NCBI GenBank assembly: GCA_963713865.1
Contig: OY970208.1
Span: 416,001-480,000, forward strand
DNA: 64,000 bases
Direction: 5' to 3'
DNA from: an uncultured candidate division Zixibacteria bacterium
Lineage (GTDB): Bacteria > Zixibacteria > MSB-5A5 > RBG-16-43-9
The position numbers were made by a program, and so were the translations under genes. The stretch's first letter is position 1; the number at the start of each line of letters is the position of its first letter. Positions 39,007 through 49,644 of this stretch are shown one piece after another. The notes beneath the pieces were generated by a model that saw only the letters and a list, made by a program, of their open reading frames with translations, searched no databases and was not told the origin of the DNA.

Positions 39007-41778
39007 TCAGTTTTTTAATTGGGTTAATTTCGTTTCTTTTCCAAACCATCCGGATATTTCATCTAAAAGCTCTTTTTTATTTTTAACGACTCCGCTTTTT
39101 ATCGGGAGCGAGTCTAAAAAGAATCTCCCATACCTCTGGGTTAAAACCCGGCTGTCCAAAATTATCACCAATCCATAATCGTCCTTTTTCCGGATAAGCC
39201 TTCCAAAACCCTGCTTGAACTTAATAACCGCCTCAGGCAAAGAGTAGCTCAAAAACGGGTTTTCTCCAGCACTTTCTAACTTTTCCATCCGGGCACTTAC
39301 CAAAGGCTCGGTTGGCACTGCAAAAGGTAATTTTACCAGGATTAAAATCTCCAGGGCTTTGCCCGGTGCATCCACCCCTTCCCAGAAAGAGGAAGTCCCT
39401 AAAAGAATTGCCCCTTCTTCTCCCTTGAACCTCTCAAATAGATTGGTGCTCTGCCCGTCTCTTCCCTGGGCTAAAAAGACGATTCCGTCTTCTTCAAAAC
39501 CTGATTTGAGACTCTTATAAACCTTATCCAACATCTCATAGGAGGTGAACAAAGCTAAAATATTTTTTCTGTATTTTTTACCGCATTCCTTTATCAATTC
39601 CTTGGAGGCTTCAACATACCCCTCTGCCTTAGGAGAAGGTATGAATGAGGGAATTAAAACTTTTGCCTGCTTTTCAAAAGTAAAAGCAGAGCCCAGGCAG
39701 AGGGTTTTGACCCTTTCCTCTTCGACCAGATTCAAACCCAATCTTTCTTTTATATAAGAGAAATCTCCATTAACTGAAAGAGTAGCTGAGGTAAAGACTA
39801 CCGTTCGCAGATTTTCATATAAAAGCTGATTTAAACTTTCCCCAACCTCTAAGGGAGCCATATAGAATTTGGAATCAAGCCCATCTTTTTGAGCTGGAAA
39901 CTCTATCCAGAAGACAAAACCTTCATCCTCAGCTGAAAACAAAGCTTTAGCCGTGTCGATCAGAGACTGAATTTCTGCTACATCGGCTTGAAGCTGTTGC
40001 AGGTTTTCATACTTTCCCTCTATCTCTGAGCTTTTAAACTCCTCTAATCCGGTTGAGATTACCTCTAAACCATCTTTCAATTTCTTAAAATGATTTAGAA
40101 GCTTCTCTCCTTCCTCTTTTAGCTCTGAAATTAAGGGGTCATCCTTTTTATATCTGAGTTTGAAGCTGTCATTGGAAGAATATCTTTTTAATCCTGGAGG
40201 AATTTTGTTGAAAAACTCTTCAGAGAATTTATAAGTTTTGAGAACCTCCTCTATCCCTTTTTTCAGTTTCTCCTCCAGCCAGACCTTTTCAGCTTTTTTC
40301 AGATATCCCTGTTGAAACTTTGATTTTATCTCTCCTAATACCCCCCATTCAGTTTGAAGTTTTCTGTGATAAATCTGGTCCAGGACCTCTTTTATTTTCC
40401 AGAAGGAAAGCTCATTTCCCAAAAACTGGGTTGCCACATTTTCCAGGTTATGGGCTTCATCCAGGATCAGATTGTCTGCCGCCAGAGTTTTCCCCTCAGC
40501 CAGAAGGTCTGAGAACAAAAGGGAATGATTTACCACTAAAAGGTCTGATTTTTGTGCCTCCCTTCTGATTTTAAAATAGAAGCATCTTTGATAATATGGG
40601 CATTCCTGGTTCAGACAAAAGCTGCCGTCACACTGGACCCTGTTCCATATTGAGAAATCTTTGGATAGATCAAACCCGCTGTCTTCAGCCACATCTCCGG
40701 ATCCGGTCTCTGAAGCCCAGACTGCCAAATTTGCCAGGCATCTCTGGTCTTCAAGCGAAAGCTCGTATTCAGCCTTATTAATCCAGCCATAAAGCCGGTA
40801 AAGGCAGAGATAATTCTTTTTCCCTTTAAGCAGGGTTACTTTAAATTTAAAGGGTAGAGCTTTTTCTAACAGGGGAAGGTCTTTGAAGAAAAGCTGCTCC
40901 TGGAGATTTTTGGTATTGGTGGAAACGACACTCTTTTCATTATTTTTTTCTGACCATAACAAAGCTGGCACCAGATAGGCTAAGGATTTTCCTACGCCCG
41001 CACCAGCCTCGACTAAAAGGAATTCTCCCTGGTTAAAAGCTCTTGCCACGTTTTGCGCCATCCTTTTCTGTTCTTCCCTTTGTTCAAATTTTTTCATCTG
41101 AGAGGAAATCAACCCTTCACTCTGGTAATATTCTAAAACCTCCTCCTCCTTGAGCCAAACGTGACTGTAATTTTTGTTTGGGCTTTTCTCTTTCTCACCT
41201 CGACTCCCCTGGAAATCGAGCAGAAGCTCCCCATTTTCCTCAGGAGGTATGAGATCTTTCAGCTCTATTTTTCTTCCCTCCATCAGAAATTTTAAACAGC
41301 TGTCTTTTGACCCGAAGGAAAGGCTCATCAGCTGCTGAAAAACAGAGGGGCTTAATTTCTGGATTTTATGAATCAAAGCTAACAGAAGCTGATTAACCAA
41401 GTCAGCTTCTCTTCTGGAATAAGTCGAATCTAAATTGAAATACTGAGCAACCGTCTCTAACTTGAAATCTTTTAAGCGGGGCAAGAGTATTCTGGATAAT
41501 TCTTTCAGGTCTAAGATATTTTCTGGTTGAATGGAAATTTTTCTCAGAACATTCTCCCAATCCTCAAGGTCAAAAATGACTATAGTGCTTTCTTCTGTGA
41601 ACTCCTCTAAGACTTGAATCTCTTTTGGTTTAATCTTTTTTGAAGCGACAGGGAGACCCAACTTCCCTTCTATTTTCAAATCCTCAAGTTGAATCCCCGA
41701 GAGCTTGATTAACTTCTCTTCAGAAGTTGAATCGGGTTTACCTAAAACCGCAATCTTTTTCATAAATCCTGCTCTCAT
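39007..41778 (-). CDS. dinG: DinG-family ATP-dependent helicase with degenerate N-terminal exonuclease-like region
   Basis: EAGAGVGKS, Fe-S Cys cluster, DEAH, TSATL, FWEGVD, QGFGRLIR. Confidence 0.88.
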   Translation of the reverse strand: MRAGFMKKIAVLGKPDSTSEEKLIKLSGIQLEDLKIEGKLGLPVASKKIKPKEIQVLEEFTEESTIVIFDLEDWENVLRKISIQPENILDLKELSRILLPRLKDFKLETVAQYFNLDSTYSRREADLVNQLLLALIHKIQKLSPSVFQQLMSLSFGSKDSCLKFLMEGRKIELKDLIPPEENGELLLDFQGSRGEKEKSPNKNYSHVWLKEEEVLEYYQSEGLISSQMKKFEQREEQKRMAQNVARAFNQGEFLLVEAGAGVGKSLAYLVPALLWSEKNNEKSVVSTNTKNLQEQLFFKDLPLLEKALPFKFKVTLLKGKKNYLCLYRLYGWINKAEYELSLEDQRCLANLAVWASETGSGDVAEDSGFDLSKDFSIWNRVQCDGSFCLNQECPYYQRCFYFKIRREAQKSDLLVVNHSLLFSDLLAEGKTLAADNLILDEAHNLENVATQFLGNELSFWKIKEVLDQIYHRKLQTEWGVLGEIKSKFQQGYLKKAEKVWLEEKLKKGIEEVLKTYKFSEEFFNKIPPGLKRYSSNDSFKLRYKKDDPLISELKEEGEKLLNHFKKLKDGLEVISTGLEEFKSSEIEGKYENLQQLQADVAEIQSLIDTAKALFSAEDEGFVFWIEFPAQKDGLDSKFYMAPLEVGESLNQLLYENLRTVVFTSATLSVNGDFSYIKERLGLNLVEEERVKTLCLGSAFTFEKQAKVLIPSFIPSPKAEGYVEASKELIKECGKKYRKNILALFTSYEMLDKVYKSLKSGFEEDGIVFLAQGRDGQSTNLFERFKGEEGAILLGTSSFWEGVDAPGKALEILILVKLPFAVPTEPLVSARMEKLESAGENPFLSYSLPEAVIKFKQGFGRLIRKKDDYGLVIILDSRVLTQRYGRFFLDSLPIKSGVVKNKKELLDEISGWFGKETKLTQLKN

Positions 41779-41923
41779 AGCTCTACCAACGAATTGTCTA
41801 TCGGGTTGCTGGATTATAAAGCTTTAGCTTTATCTAGTAAACCTGTCCTACTAATCCAAATTTGGAAAGGTTTACACTCCAGATCATCTATCTGTCAACC
41901 TGCCACCTACCACCTATAACTGA

Positions 41924-43354
41924 TTATTTTCTCAAATTGAAGCAAACCATTTTAATGTCGGTCATTTCTTCAATTGCAAATTTTACACCCTCTCTACCGA
42001 TTCCGCTTTCTTTTACGCCACCGTAAGGCATATTATCTGCCCGGTAAGTAGGCACGTCATTTACTATTACCCCGCCTACTTTTATTCCTTTGATTGCCTC
42101 AAAGGCATTTTCGATATTATCTGTAAAGACTCCTGCCTGAAGCCCGTAGATAGAATTGTCTACCATCTTGACTGCATCAGAGAAATCATCAAACGGAATA
42201 AAACTTACCACAGGGGCAAAGACCTCTAAAGCCATAACCTTCATCTCCGGTTTGACATTTTCTAAAACAGTTGGGGAATAGAAAGCTACTTCCCTTTTCC
42301 CTCCGATTAAAATTTTGGCTCCATCTCTTACCGCTTCATTCACCCAAGATTCTGTTCTTATAGCATCTTCTTCTGTAATCATTGGACCAACATCAGTGGT
42401 TTTATCCAGGGGATCGCCCAATTTAAGCTTTGAAGTTTTCTCTAAAAAATCTTTTTTGAATCTTTCATATATATTTTTATGCAAATATACCCTTTGAACA
42501 GAGATGCAGATCTGCCCGGCATAAGCAAAGCTCCCCATAACCGACCTTTCCACGGCTAAATCTAAATCCGCATTTTCATCTACTATAACAGCAGAGTTTG
42601 AGCCAAGCTCCAAGGTAACTTTTTTCAAACCTGATTTTTCCTTAATCCTTCTTCCTACGGGTGGGCTTCCGGTAAAAGTAATCATTGAAACCCTTTCGTC
42701 TGTCACCAGCCAATCGCCAACCGTTCCACCTGAGCCGAAGATAATGTTCAGACCACCTGGCCGTAGCCCTGCTTCTATCATTATCTCCCCTAATTTAATC
42801 GAGGTCAAAGGGGTTAAAGAGGCAGGTTTAAGAATCACCGAACAACCAGCCGCAACGGCTGGTGCTACTTTATGCGCCACTAAGTTCAAAGGAAAATTAA
42901 AAGGGGAAATTGCTCCGATCACTCCTACTGGAAATCTCAGAAAAAATCCCACCCTTTTCTCTCCGCCAACTGAGGCATCTAAGGGAACAGTATGTCCGCA
43001 AATATTTTTTGCCTCTTCAGATGCGAACTTAAAGGTCTGAACAGACCTTTCCACTTCAGCCATAGCATGTTTCCAGGCTTTGCCCGCCTCCATACAGATT
43101 ATACGGGTCATCTCCTCCTTGTTCTTCTCAATTAACTCTGAGGTGTTCTGTAAAATCTTTCCCCTCTGGTAAGCTGGAAGAGAAAACACCGCTTTAAATC
43201 CATCCAGTGAAGATAAAATCGCCTTCTCAAAGTTCTCTTTACTTGTATCCGGAACTTTTCCGATCACCTCTTGAGTGTATTTGTTTTTAACCTCAAAATA
43301 TTTCTCCCCGGAGACCCACTTGCCCCCGATCAACATCTTATATTCCTTTTCCAT
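41924..43354 (-). CDS. Aldehyde dehydrogenase family protein
   Basis: SPFNFP, FTGS, LELGSN, GQICIS, EVFAP, YGGVKESG. Confidence 0.92.
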   Translation of the reverse strand: MEKEYKMLIGGKWVSGEKYFEVKNKYTQEVIGKVPDTSKENFEKAILSSLDGFKAVFSLPAYQRGKILQNTSELIEKNKEEMTRIICMEAGKAWKHAMAEVERSVQTFKFASEEAKNICGHTVPLDASVGGEKRVGFFLRFPVGVIGAISPFNFPLNLVAHKVAPAVAAGCSVILKPASLTPLTSIKLGEIMIEAGLRPGGLNIIFGSGGTVGDWLVTDERVSMITFTGSPPVGRRIKEKSGLKKVTLELGSNSAVIVDENADLDLAVERSVMGSFAYAGQICISVQRVYLHKNIYERFKKDFLEKTSKLKLGDPLDKTTDVGPMITEEDAIRTESWVNEAVRDGAKILIGGKREVAFYSPTVLENVKPEMKVMALEVFAPVVSFIPFDDFSDAVKMVDNSIYGLQAGVFTDNIENAFEAIKGIKVGGVIVNDVPTYRADNMPYGGVKESGIGREGVKFAIEEMTDIKMVCFNLRK

Positions 43355-43605
43355 TTTCCCCTCTGGATTTTCTCTTTTTAAATCACACCAGAAATTTTTT
43401 ATCAATATAACCATCTTTATTTTTGCGGTCAAGGATTAAACTTGAGCAATACTATGGAGTGTAAACCTTTAGGTTTATCGAGCTTAAAGGCAAAGCTGAA
43501 GCTTTACACTCCAATTAACATTTTCTGGATTTCAACTTTTACCTTGACTTAGACTTATCCCAAAACTATTTTTCAAAATGTCTTAAAAAATCAAAGGAGA
43601 AATAA

Positions 43606-45003
43606 ATGTCCCATCTGGAAAAATTAGCCATAATCGGGGGAGGACCTGCCGGGTATGTGGGAGCTATCAGAGGAGCTCAATTGGGAGCAGAAATCACTCT
43701 GATCGAGAAAAAAGAGGTTGGCGGCACCTGCTTAAATGTTGGCTGTATCCCTACTAAAACATTGACCTCCACCGCTCACCTTTATACCCTTATGAAGAAA
43801 TCTTCAAACTGGGGCATAGAGGCTGGTTTTCCCAGTTTAAACTGGGATCAGGTGATGAAGAGGAAAGAACAGGTTGTAAGAAGACTGGTCAACGGGGTTA
43901 AATTTCTTCTGAAAGAAAGAAAGGTAAATCTGATCTTAGGTACAGCTTCATTTTTAGATGAGAAAACTTTATTAATAAACAAAACTAATGGGGGGATAGA
44001 AAAGGTTCAGGCAGACAAAATTCTTATCTCAACCGGCTCAATTCCGATTAATCTTCCAGTTCCAGGAGCAGATTTAGATGGCGTGGTTGATAGCACTAAA
44101 GCTTTATCTTTTGAGGAAGTGCCAAAAACCCTTCTGATCGTGGGAGGTGGATATATAGGTTGTGAATTTGCTTCAATCTATCATTCCTTCGGCACTGAGG
44201 TAACCATAGTGGAGATGCTTCCCCAGATACTTCCGGGAGAAGACGAGGAGATAGTCTCTTTGCTCAGAAGAAAATTTGAAAAAGAGGGTATAAAAATCTA
44301 TACAGAGTCTAAAGTTACTGGAATCTATCTTACAGACAATAATACTAGGAAAATAAAAATATCCACCCTTGAGGGTGAAAAAGAGATCTTATCTGAAAAA
44401 GTCCTGATCTCTGTGGGAAGAAAGGTTTATACGGACGGATTAAATCTAAAAAGGATCGGAATAGAGCAGGAAAAGGTTCATATAAAAGTGGATGAATATA
44501 TGAGAACTAATCTTGAGGGTATTTACTCTGCCGGGGATTGCATCGGAGGATACCTTTTAGCTCATGTGGCTTCAATGGAGGCAGAATGTGCAGTTGAAAA
44601 TGCCTTGGGTGGAAATGTGAAAATGGATTATACGGCCGTGCCCAGATGCATCTTTACCTATCCGGAGATCGGTGGAGTGGGATTAACTGAGAAGGAAGCT
44701 TTAGCTAAAGGTTTTAAAACAAAAATCGGAAGATTCCCTTTCGTAGCCAATGGAAGAGCCTTAGCCGAGGATGAATCTGAAGGGATGGTAAAAATAATTG
44801 CAGAGGAGAAATCTGATAAAATTTTAGGATGTATAATAATGGGCAATCGAGGCACAGACCTAATAGCTGAACTGACTTTGGGAATTAAGATGGGGATAAA
44901 GCTTAAAGACTTAACTGAGACTATTCATGCTCATCCGACCTTGGCTGAGGCAGTCCGGGAAAGCGCTCTAAAATCCGATGGAAGATCAATTCATATCTTA
45001 TAA
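43606..45003 (+). CDS. lpdA: Dihydrolipoamide dehydrogenase
   Basis: GGGPAGY, GGTCLNVGCIP, GGGYIGCE, HAHPTLAE. Confidence 0.93.
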   Translation: MSHLEKLAIIGGGPAGYVGAIRGAQLGAEITLIEKKEVGGTCLNVGCIPTKTLTSTAHLYTLMKKSSNWGIEAGFPSLNWDQVMKRKEQVVRRLVNGVKFLLKERKVNLILGTASFLDEKTLLINKTNGGIEKVQADKILISTGSIPINLPVPGADLDGVVDSTKALSFEEVPKTLLIVGGGYIGCEFASIYHSFGTEVTIVEMLPQILPGEDEEIVSLLRRKFEKEGIKIYTESKVTGIYLTDNNTRKIKISTLEGEKEILSEKVLISVGRKVYTDGLNLKRIGIEQEKVHIKVDEYMRTNLEGIYSAGDCIGGYLLAHVASMEAECAVENALGGNVKMDYTAVPRCIFTYPEIGGVGLTEKEALAKGFKTKIGRFPFVANGRALAEDESEGMVKIIAEEKSDKILGCIIMGNRGTDLIAELTLGIKMGIKLKDLTETIHAHPTLAEAVRESALKSDGRSIHIL

Positions 45004-45014
45004 ATAGACAAAGA

Positions 45015-45220
45015 TGGAGTGCATCAGCGTGTCGAATTTGACCTTGAGGCTGATGCATATTAGATAGAATGCAAGAGCAAGCTCTTGCACTCCGATCAAT
45101 TCATATATTGTAAAAAAACATTTCGGATTAACGGATATCATATAACGATTAGAATTCGTAGTGCGACCCTTTTAGGGTCGCTTAAGCGAGGCTAATCCCG
45201 CCGGCGGCGGGACGCACTAC
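45015..45220. repeat. Cluster of GGAG- and GTAG-type REP-like palindromes
   Basis: ggagtgcatcagc..gctgatgc..gcactcc (related to 4162-4202 in opposite orientation); gtagtgcgaccc..gggtcgc..cgcactac. Confidence 0.65.
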
Positions 45221-45685
45221 ATATCCCCTCTCCTTTTACAAATGTATCGGCATTTCCCAATGTTGAGATCATAGAGACAGACCCAGGGGTCAGTTGCTGA
45301 AGTCTCTTTTGGGTGAATTTTTATATAGGGACAGGGCTTGTTGAGCGAAGCGAAATCTCGCCAAAGGCGGAGGTCCCTGTCCTAACCCTAATACTATGTT
45401 CACTCCTCCAGACTCAATATACCGTTTCTATGAGTTCGTCAACAGCCTCCCTGTATCTGCCCGATTCGAACTTGCTCACAAACAGGTGGAACAGACCTCT
45501 GGTCTGTTCAAAACAGGTCCTAGAAACGGATCCGTAGGACTGGAAGCCCGTACCACCCAATCTGAAAGCAAATTCTATAGCCGCAGATTTTAGTCTGCGT
45601 TCTGTTTTAAGACGGGATTAGGCGATTTATTGGGAATATAATATATACGGAAGAAAGGGGTTGTCATACAAATCTCTAAGGAATT

Positions 45686-46669
45686 TTATCGTGAAGAGGT
45701 AGAACTATCTCGACTTTCATAGAACTCTTCAATAAGCTCCTTCACTTTTATTCCGATCACCATTTTCCCCAATCGCGTAGCTAATTCTTTCTCTCCTATT
45801 CTTTCAAATAGAACTCCACCCAATCTTATCTCCGTGATGTCTTTCAGGGTGTCGAGATTAAAAAATACAGGACTTCCACTTTCACCGGGGAAAATAAAAT
45901 CTTCTATTCGTACTATGGCACAATCTTTCTTAAGAAAGATTTTTGGAATCATCGATATATTTGAGATAACTGCCACAGTATCTATTCTTCCTTCTTTGCA
46001 GCAGGTTTTCAAAAGGTTAGCTTCGGGATTATAAGACCCTGTGATAAAGCTAAACACATGGATTTCTGTACCTGTTGTGCATGCATCAAGGGGTAAAAGC
46101 ATATATTTTTTTAAAAAATGGTACGTCAAGGTGGTGTCAATCTCGAAATGATAAATTGCTAATTCAATTCCAGGATCAGAATGGAACACCAAAGCTTTTG
46201 ATTTGTAATAGGACTTTCTTGTATTAATTTTATCAACCTTTATTAAATTCTTATCCCTCTGTTGAGAATTGCACAGAAAATAAACTGGGTCTCTCCATCT
46301 TTTTTTGGCATGTCCCGCACTATCGTAGAAATCATAGAAATTGTGATTGACAGTTATCAAGAACAAGTATTTTGAGCTGACAGTATCTTCCACGAAAAAA
46401 CCCGTACCAATTATGCTATCGGTTGTCGGGTCGAGTGAAAGAAGCACGCACGTCTGGTTTACAAAATCCTTGACGACTGCGGAGATATCGCAGGAGGGGG
46501 GTTCTTTCTGAATTTTGATTTCACGCACCACTATCTGTTGAACTTGGCGGGGAAATAAAAAATAGGCAAGTGCAAATCCTGCGACGAAAAAAATAGCAAG
46601 AGCCGAGATAATGGTTGAGAATTTAGTGGTAAGATAATAGTATTTTCTGGGTACGAAGATTATTTTCAT
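45686..46669 (-). CDS. Membrane-anchored trypsin-like serine protease domain protein
   Basis: GTGFFV, LITVNH, PGESGSPV; N-terminal TM helix. Confidence 0.65.
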   Translation of the reverse strand: MKIIFVPRKYYYLTTKFSTIISALAIFFVAGFALAYFLFPRQVQQIVVREIKIQKEPPSCDISAVVKDFVNQTCVLLSLDPTTDSIIGTGFFVEDTVSSKYLFLITVNHNFYDFYDSAGHAKKRWRDPVYFLCNSQQRDKNLIKVDKINTRKSYYKSKALVFHSDPGIELAIYHFEIDTTLTYHFLKKYMLLPLDACTTGTEIHVFSFITGSYNPEANLLKTCCKEGRIDTVAVISNISMIPKIFLKKDCAIVRIEDFIFPGESGSPVFFNLDTLKDITEIRLGGVLFERIGEKELATRLGKMVIGIKVKELIEEFYESRDSSTSSR

Positions 46670-46759
46670 ACTACTCTTATAACCTCTGAAGAGATGTAAA
46701 TTGTCTTATCTTTATATTATAAAAAATTTTTCAGAATTGTCAAGGATTTTTGGCTCCGG

Positions 46760-48181
46760 TGTCAAGCCAATTTAGAAATGTTCTAGTTTTGCCAAAATAG
46801 AAATGACCTATTTGGTTAATATACATGTGCCTTCCTTTTTTGCAACGGGATTCCAATTTAAAGATCTTCTCCATGGATGATTCTCTGCAGGTTTAGGAGG
46901 GCGGTGAAATCTTCTCAGGTCTATGGCCTGTTCTATCTTAACAGGTTTTTCAGCGATCTCCCTATACCGCAGACTGGTTCCCTTGCCCATTATATGCAGG
47001 GAGCTGTTGAGCCTCTCCTCCACGATCACCTTATTGGTCTTCACAACCTCCCTTATCTGATAAAGCCTGCCGTTATGAGTTATGGTGTTATCGTTTCTTA
47101 CTGTGCGCTCGGTCTTTATGCAAAGATATTTGTCAAGATTGAAGTATTTTGGAACCCTTACATGCACATTGGTGTCATTTGCCGGACATACCCTGAACCG
47201 CCGGTTAAATTGTGGCAGATAATCCGCAAGGAATTCATTGGCCTCCTCAAGCGTCTTTATCCCCCTCAACCTCATTTCCTTTACAAGCCTGTCCTGTAAA
47301 ACTCCAAAGAGCCTTTCTACCCTTCCTTTTGCCTGTGGAGAATAAGCATGGATTACGTCTACCCCAAGCTCTTTAAGTGCTCTCTCAAACTGGCTCAAAG
47401 GCTCTATTTTCTCAAACTCCTCCCACTCTGTAGGCTTCTTAGTTGATTTGTAGGTGGTGTGCCTGTCCAGATAGATGCTTACAGGAAGCCCATATCTCCT
47501 CGCATAACGCTTAAAACTGTCCATCCCAGGGATAGTCCCCTCATAATCGTAAAACCTCGCAAAAACATGGTTGGTGGCATCATCTATGTAAGCCATCAGC
47601 ACAAGCTCAGGACCCCTGCCTTCAAGCCAGTCATGATGAGAACCATCCATCTGAACCATTTCTCCAAAACATTCCTTCCTTTGTTTCCACTGTCTGTGCC
47701 TTGACCTTTTATACCTCCTCTGCCATAGACCCGCCTCCATAAGCCATTTCCTCAGGGTCTCATCGCTTAACTTAATGCCGTCCAGTTCACCTAACTTCTC
47801 AGTTGCAAGGGTTGGACCAAAACCACTATACTTGCTTCTGTAGAACATTAATACCTTGGCTTTAACCTCAGCCGGTGTTTTCCTGTTTGAAAAACGACCT
47901 CGTAACCTGTGGATTACTCCTTCTTCTCCCTCCTCACGCACCACCCTAACCAGCCTTCTTGTCTGTCTCTCTGAAAGCCCTATCAGGGAAGCAGCTACCC
48001 TCTGGGTTATGTGTCTCTCTATAGCCTCCTGGATTACCTTTAATCGCTTAACCTCTCTTATGCTCATCCTGATAATGTCCTTCTCTGTCATAATCCTCCC
48101 GGTCTTTTAAGGGAAAATTATAGCTATGTCTTAGGACATTTCTACTTTGGTTAATTAGGACATTATCACTTTGGTGTAACA
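46760..48181 (-). mobile_element. Insertion sequence, IS1202 (former ISNCY) family, 1422 bp
   Basis: TGT...ACA ends, internal repeated tagaaatg/catttcta units, 16-bp direct repeat ggatttttggctccgg at 46744-46759 and 48182-48197. Confidence 0.88.
46808..48091 (-). CDS. DDE transposase (ISNCY/IS1202 family)
   Basis: N-terminal HTH, GEMVQMDGSHHDW, IDDAT, YLDRH, PQAKGRVERLFGVLQDRL. Confidence 0.93.
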   Translation of the reverse strand: MTEKDIIRMSIREVKRLKVIQEAIERHITQRVAASLIGLSERQTRRLVRVVREEGEEGVIHRLRGRFSNRKTPAEVKAKVLMFYRSKYSGFGPTLATEKLGELDGIKLSDETLRKWLMEAGLWQRRYKRSRHRQWKQRKECFGEMVQMDGSHHDWLEGRGPELVLMAYIDDATNHVFARFYDYEGTIPGMDSFKRYARRYGLPVSIYLDRHTTYKSTKKPTEWEEFEKIEPLSQFERALKELGVDVIHAYSPQAKGRVERLFGVLQDRLVKEMRLRGIKTLEEANEFLADYLPQFNRRFRVCPANDTNVHVRVPKYFNLDKYLCIKTERTVRNDNTITHNGRLYQIREVVKTNKVIVEERLNSSLHIMGKGTSLRYREIAEKPVKIEQAIDLRRFHRPPKPAENHPWRRSLNWNPVAKKEGTCILTK

Positions 48182-48489
48182 GGATTTTTGGCTCCGGCTC
48201 TGCATTTAATCCATAGGGAAGAAATACTCTGAAAATAATCCTTGACAAATAATAAGACTGAATTATCTTTAGATGGACAGTTTAAAAAAGAAAGGAGGTG
48301 TTTTCTTATAATGTAAGTCTTTATTCTGCAACTGCTTAATTTTTTATAATTTTTTTCTTGAAAAAGTTTTTAAAAAAAATTAATTAATTGAGAGGAAACT
48401 CCGATTAACAAAAGAGGAGGATTTTTTTAGAATATTTATCAAATAAATGAGTTAGCTAACCGTAAAACAGTTTGGGAGGAAAAGCTAAG

Positions 48490-48594
48490 ATGGTTAAGAA
48501 ATTTTTCTTCTTTTTTTGGATAATGATTTTTTTAGCATTTGTGGTAATTGGACCTTCAGTAATAGCTGGTGTGAGCATGGGTGGACACTATTAG
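48490..48594 (+). CDS. Putative 34-aa hydrophobic peptide
   Basis: MVKKFFFFFWIMIFLAFVVIGPSVIAGVSMGGHY, preceded by gggagga. Confidence 0.4.
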   Translation: MVKKFFFFFWIMIFLAFVVIGPSVIAGVSMGGHY

Positions 48595-48670
48595 ACCGAA
48601 GGGGGAACAGGGGGCAAGTCAGGTTAAATCTAAATCGTCTTAGCAGCCCCTTGAAGCTAAAAGTACAGAT

Positions 48671-49390
48671 ATGAGAAGCAGACTGGTTTTACTTGCCGAA
48701 ATAATAGTTTTTCTGCTCTTATTTTTTCTTATTATAAAAGCCTATACAGTGTGGGTGTGGGTGGCATTGGCTATATTCATTGCTTTATTAATCTATTTCA
48801 ATATAAAGTCCACATTAGTTATGCAACCGCTTCCGTTTCATGCCAAAGAGCTAAATCTACGGTTAGACTTCCTGGACAGTACTGGAGAGCGGGTTCATGT
48901 GACTAAAGAGCAACTAACCAAATCCCTGAAGAGAACCGCTTATAAATATGTAGATCGAGGTATAGGTGGGACAGGAAAGATAAATAATTTTAAATCCTCT
49001 GTTTACATTGCAAACGAATGGCAGGTGGTGAAGACCCCTCTTCAGGTTACTGTGGAGGGGGCTGAACTTGCTGTGACAACAACCTTTGATGTCCCTTTAT
49101 CTCACAAAATATGGATCAGAAGAAAATTTGAGTTTGATTGTATTAATTGTTTTTTAGAAAAAGAAGAAAGCTTCGTCTTCAGAATCGATAATCCGACTGA
49201 GTTATTAAAGATAATGTTTGTCTTTAATGAACATCGGAGACCTGATCAGATAAACATCACTAAGATAATGGGAGCTTTTAAGAAGGAGTTACCCGAAATT
49301 CGACCCTCTTCGATAAAACGAGAAGTATTCGAATGGTTTATCCAAAAGCCTCCATTGTATTCGGAGTATCTTTTTCTGTGGAAGTGGTAG
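48671..49390 (+). CDS. Hypothetical protein, 2 N-terminal TM + beta-rich domain
   Basis: 239 aa ORF, hydrophobic N-terminus, ends LFLWKW. Confidence 0.65.
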   Translation: MRSRLVLLAEIIVFLLLFFLIIKAYTVWVWVALAIFIALLIYFNIKSTLVMQPLPFHAKELNLRLDFLDSTGERVHVTKEQLTKSLKRTAYKYVDRGIGGTGKINNFKSSVYIANEWQVVKTPLQVTVEGAELAVTTTFDVPLSHKIWIRRKFEFDCINCFLEKEESFVFRIDNPTELLKIMFVFNEHRRPDQINITKIMGAFKKELPEIRPSSIKREVFEWFIQKPPLYSEYLFLWKW

Positions 49391-49644
49391 AGATTCTCGC
49401 AACGAAAGAACACTTATCTCCTAGCCAGTTTGTCCTTTCATTTTTTGCATAGCACCAGTCATCAAATCTTTACTTGCTCATGATTTTATAGTTGGACTAA
49501 AAACTTCTGAAATTTCTCAAGGAATAGGATTCTAGACTTACGGTAGAGCATTTCTATTGACATCTTCAGTGTAAGGTCTTAGTTTAAGCTTTCATTGGAT
49601 ATATATTGGGACCACTTATTTGATTTTCCAGCTTGGAGGTTTTT

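Noticed and set aside
45313-45593. Short ORFs in the repeat-rich gap after lpdA
   Set aside because: They overlap REP-like hairpins and show no recognisable protein features.
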